Translations under genes and position numbers: made by a program
IMG/VR virus record: IMGVR_UViG_3300033892_000022
Span: 1 to 5,417 of that record
Direction: 5' to 3' (one strand)
Length of the DNA stretch: 5,417 nt
Notes under the pieces: model-generated
What the model saw: only the letters and a program-made list of their open reading frames with translations
Database searches by the model: none
Told to the model about the DNA's origin: nothing
Part shown: positions 4,765 to 5,417 of the stretch, piece after piece
Numbering within the stretch: the first letter of the stretch is position 1
How the letters are laid out: each line of letters opens with the position of its first letter

Positions 4765-5417
4765 ATGAATAGTTCTACATCACTTTTGGATAAAATAAAA
4801 TCTCATTCATTTTTTTACAATCCCCGAGACACTGAACGAATTTTAAATATTATTTTATCTGAAAAACAAATTGATGAAAGGAAGAAAAATGAAATTTTAA
4901 AAGCTTATAAACGTGGAATTGATCAACAATATTTCTCCTCAAATTTACCATATTATGACGAGATAAAATTTATATCTAAGATAACAAATTTTAAAGTTAA
5001 AAATGATGAAATAATAGCAAGATTTCAGAATGGTTTCACTGCAAGTTTTGATCCGCATCAAATTGCGGATAATCCAGATGATTTTTACAATTTAATTACA
5101 AGTTATATGTTTGTTAAAATAAGAAAAGGGACAACAAATTGGTATATATCAGATATTTACTCCATTGAACCACCAAATAATTACGAAATTGCAAAAGAAT
5201 TATTCGATTTAGCAAATTCAGAAAAGCAAACTTATGCCCTTCTTCTCCAAAGCTTTGGATATGATCCTTCAAAAATGGAAGTAAATGATATATTTCTCTT
5301 TCTTCCTAGATTGTTCCCACTTTTCAAATCTCCAGTTACAAAAAGACAGATAAATTATATCGAAATTTCCAATAGAGGGACTGGAAAAACCACAACTTTC
5401 ATGATTTTACAAGAAGT
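4765..5417 (+). CDS. P-loop AAA+-type ATPase (SIRV2 ORF436/gp18-like, ssDNA annealing); 5' part only, runs off the window end
   Basis: Manual translation from ATG 4765 is open to the end: MNSSTSLLDKIKSHSFFYNPRDTERIL...LLLQSFGYDP...LPRLFPLF...NYIEISNRGTGKTTTFMILQE. Walker A at about 5368-5394. Syntenic with gp17. Confidence 0.88.
   Translation, partial: MNSSTSLLDKIKSHSFFYNPRDTERILNIILSEKQIDERKKNEILKAYKRGIDQQYFSSNLPYYDEIKFISKITNFKVKNDEIIARFQNGFTASFDPHQIADNPDDFYNLITSYMFVKIRKGTTNWYISDIYSIEPPNNYEIAKELFDLANSEKQTYALLLQSFGYDPSKMEVNDIFLFLPRLFPLFKSPVTKRQINYIEISNRGTGKTTTFMILQE

Noticed and set aside
1-5417. CRISPR mini-array, tRNA or terminal hairpin/ITR
   Set aside because: No regularly spaced repeats, cloverleaf or terminal repeat was seen. 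The window is an internal genome segment.

Overview
AT-rich, gene-dense segment of an archaeal rod-shaped virus genome (Rudiviridae, SIRV-like, Sulfolobales host). The identification rests on recognisable rudivirus proteins: the 134-aa major capsid protein, the 98-aa pyramid egress protein (PVAP), an HUH Rep, a gp17-like ssDNA-binding protein, a gp18-like ATPase (partial), a dCTP deaminase/dUTPase, a GT-B glycosyltransferase (partial), a C2H2 zinc finger protein and two ribbon-helix-helix (RHH) proteins. Manual reading adds six CDSs absent from the ORF track: two edge-truncated genes, a 53-aa SvtR-like RHH gene, and three microproteins of 40, 56 and 41 aa at 1924-2380. Most gene starts share a TATA+GTCA promoter pattern in two spacing classes, and a 20-bp promoter element occurs twice in inverted orientation. 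Family assignments come from motifs and recalled homologues, not from database searches. The core genes are known rudivirus biology. The best candidates for something undescribed are the microprotein cassette and the regulatory architecture around the RHH/PVAP/Rep block.
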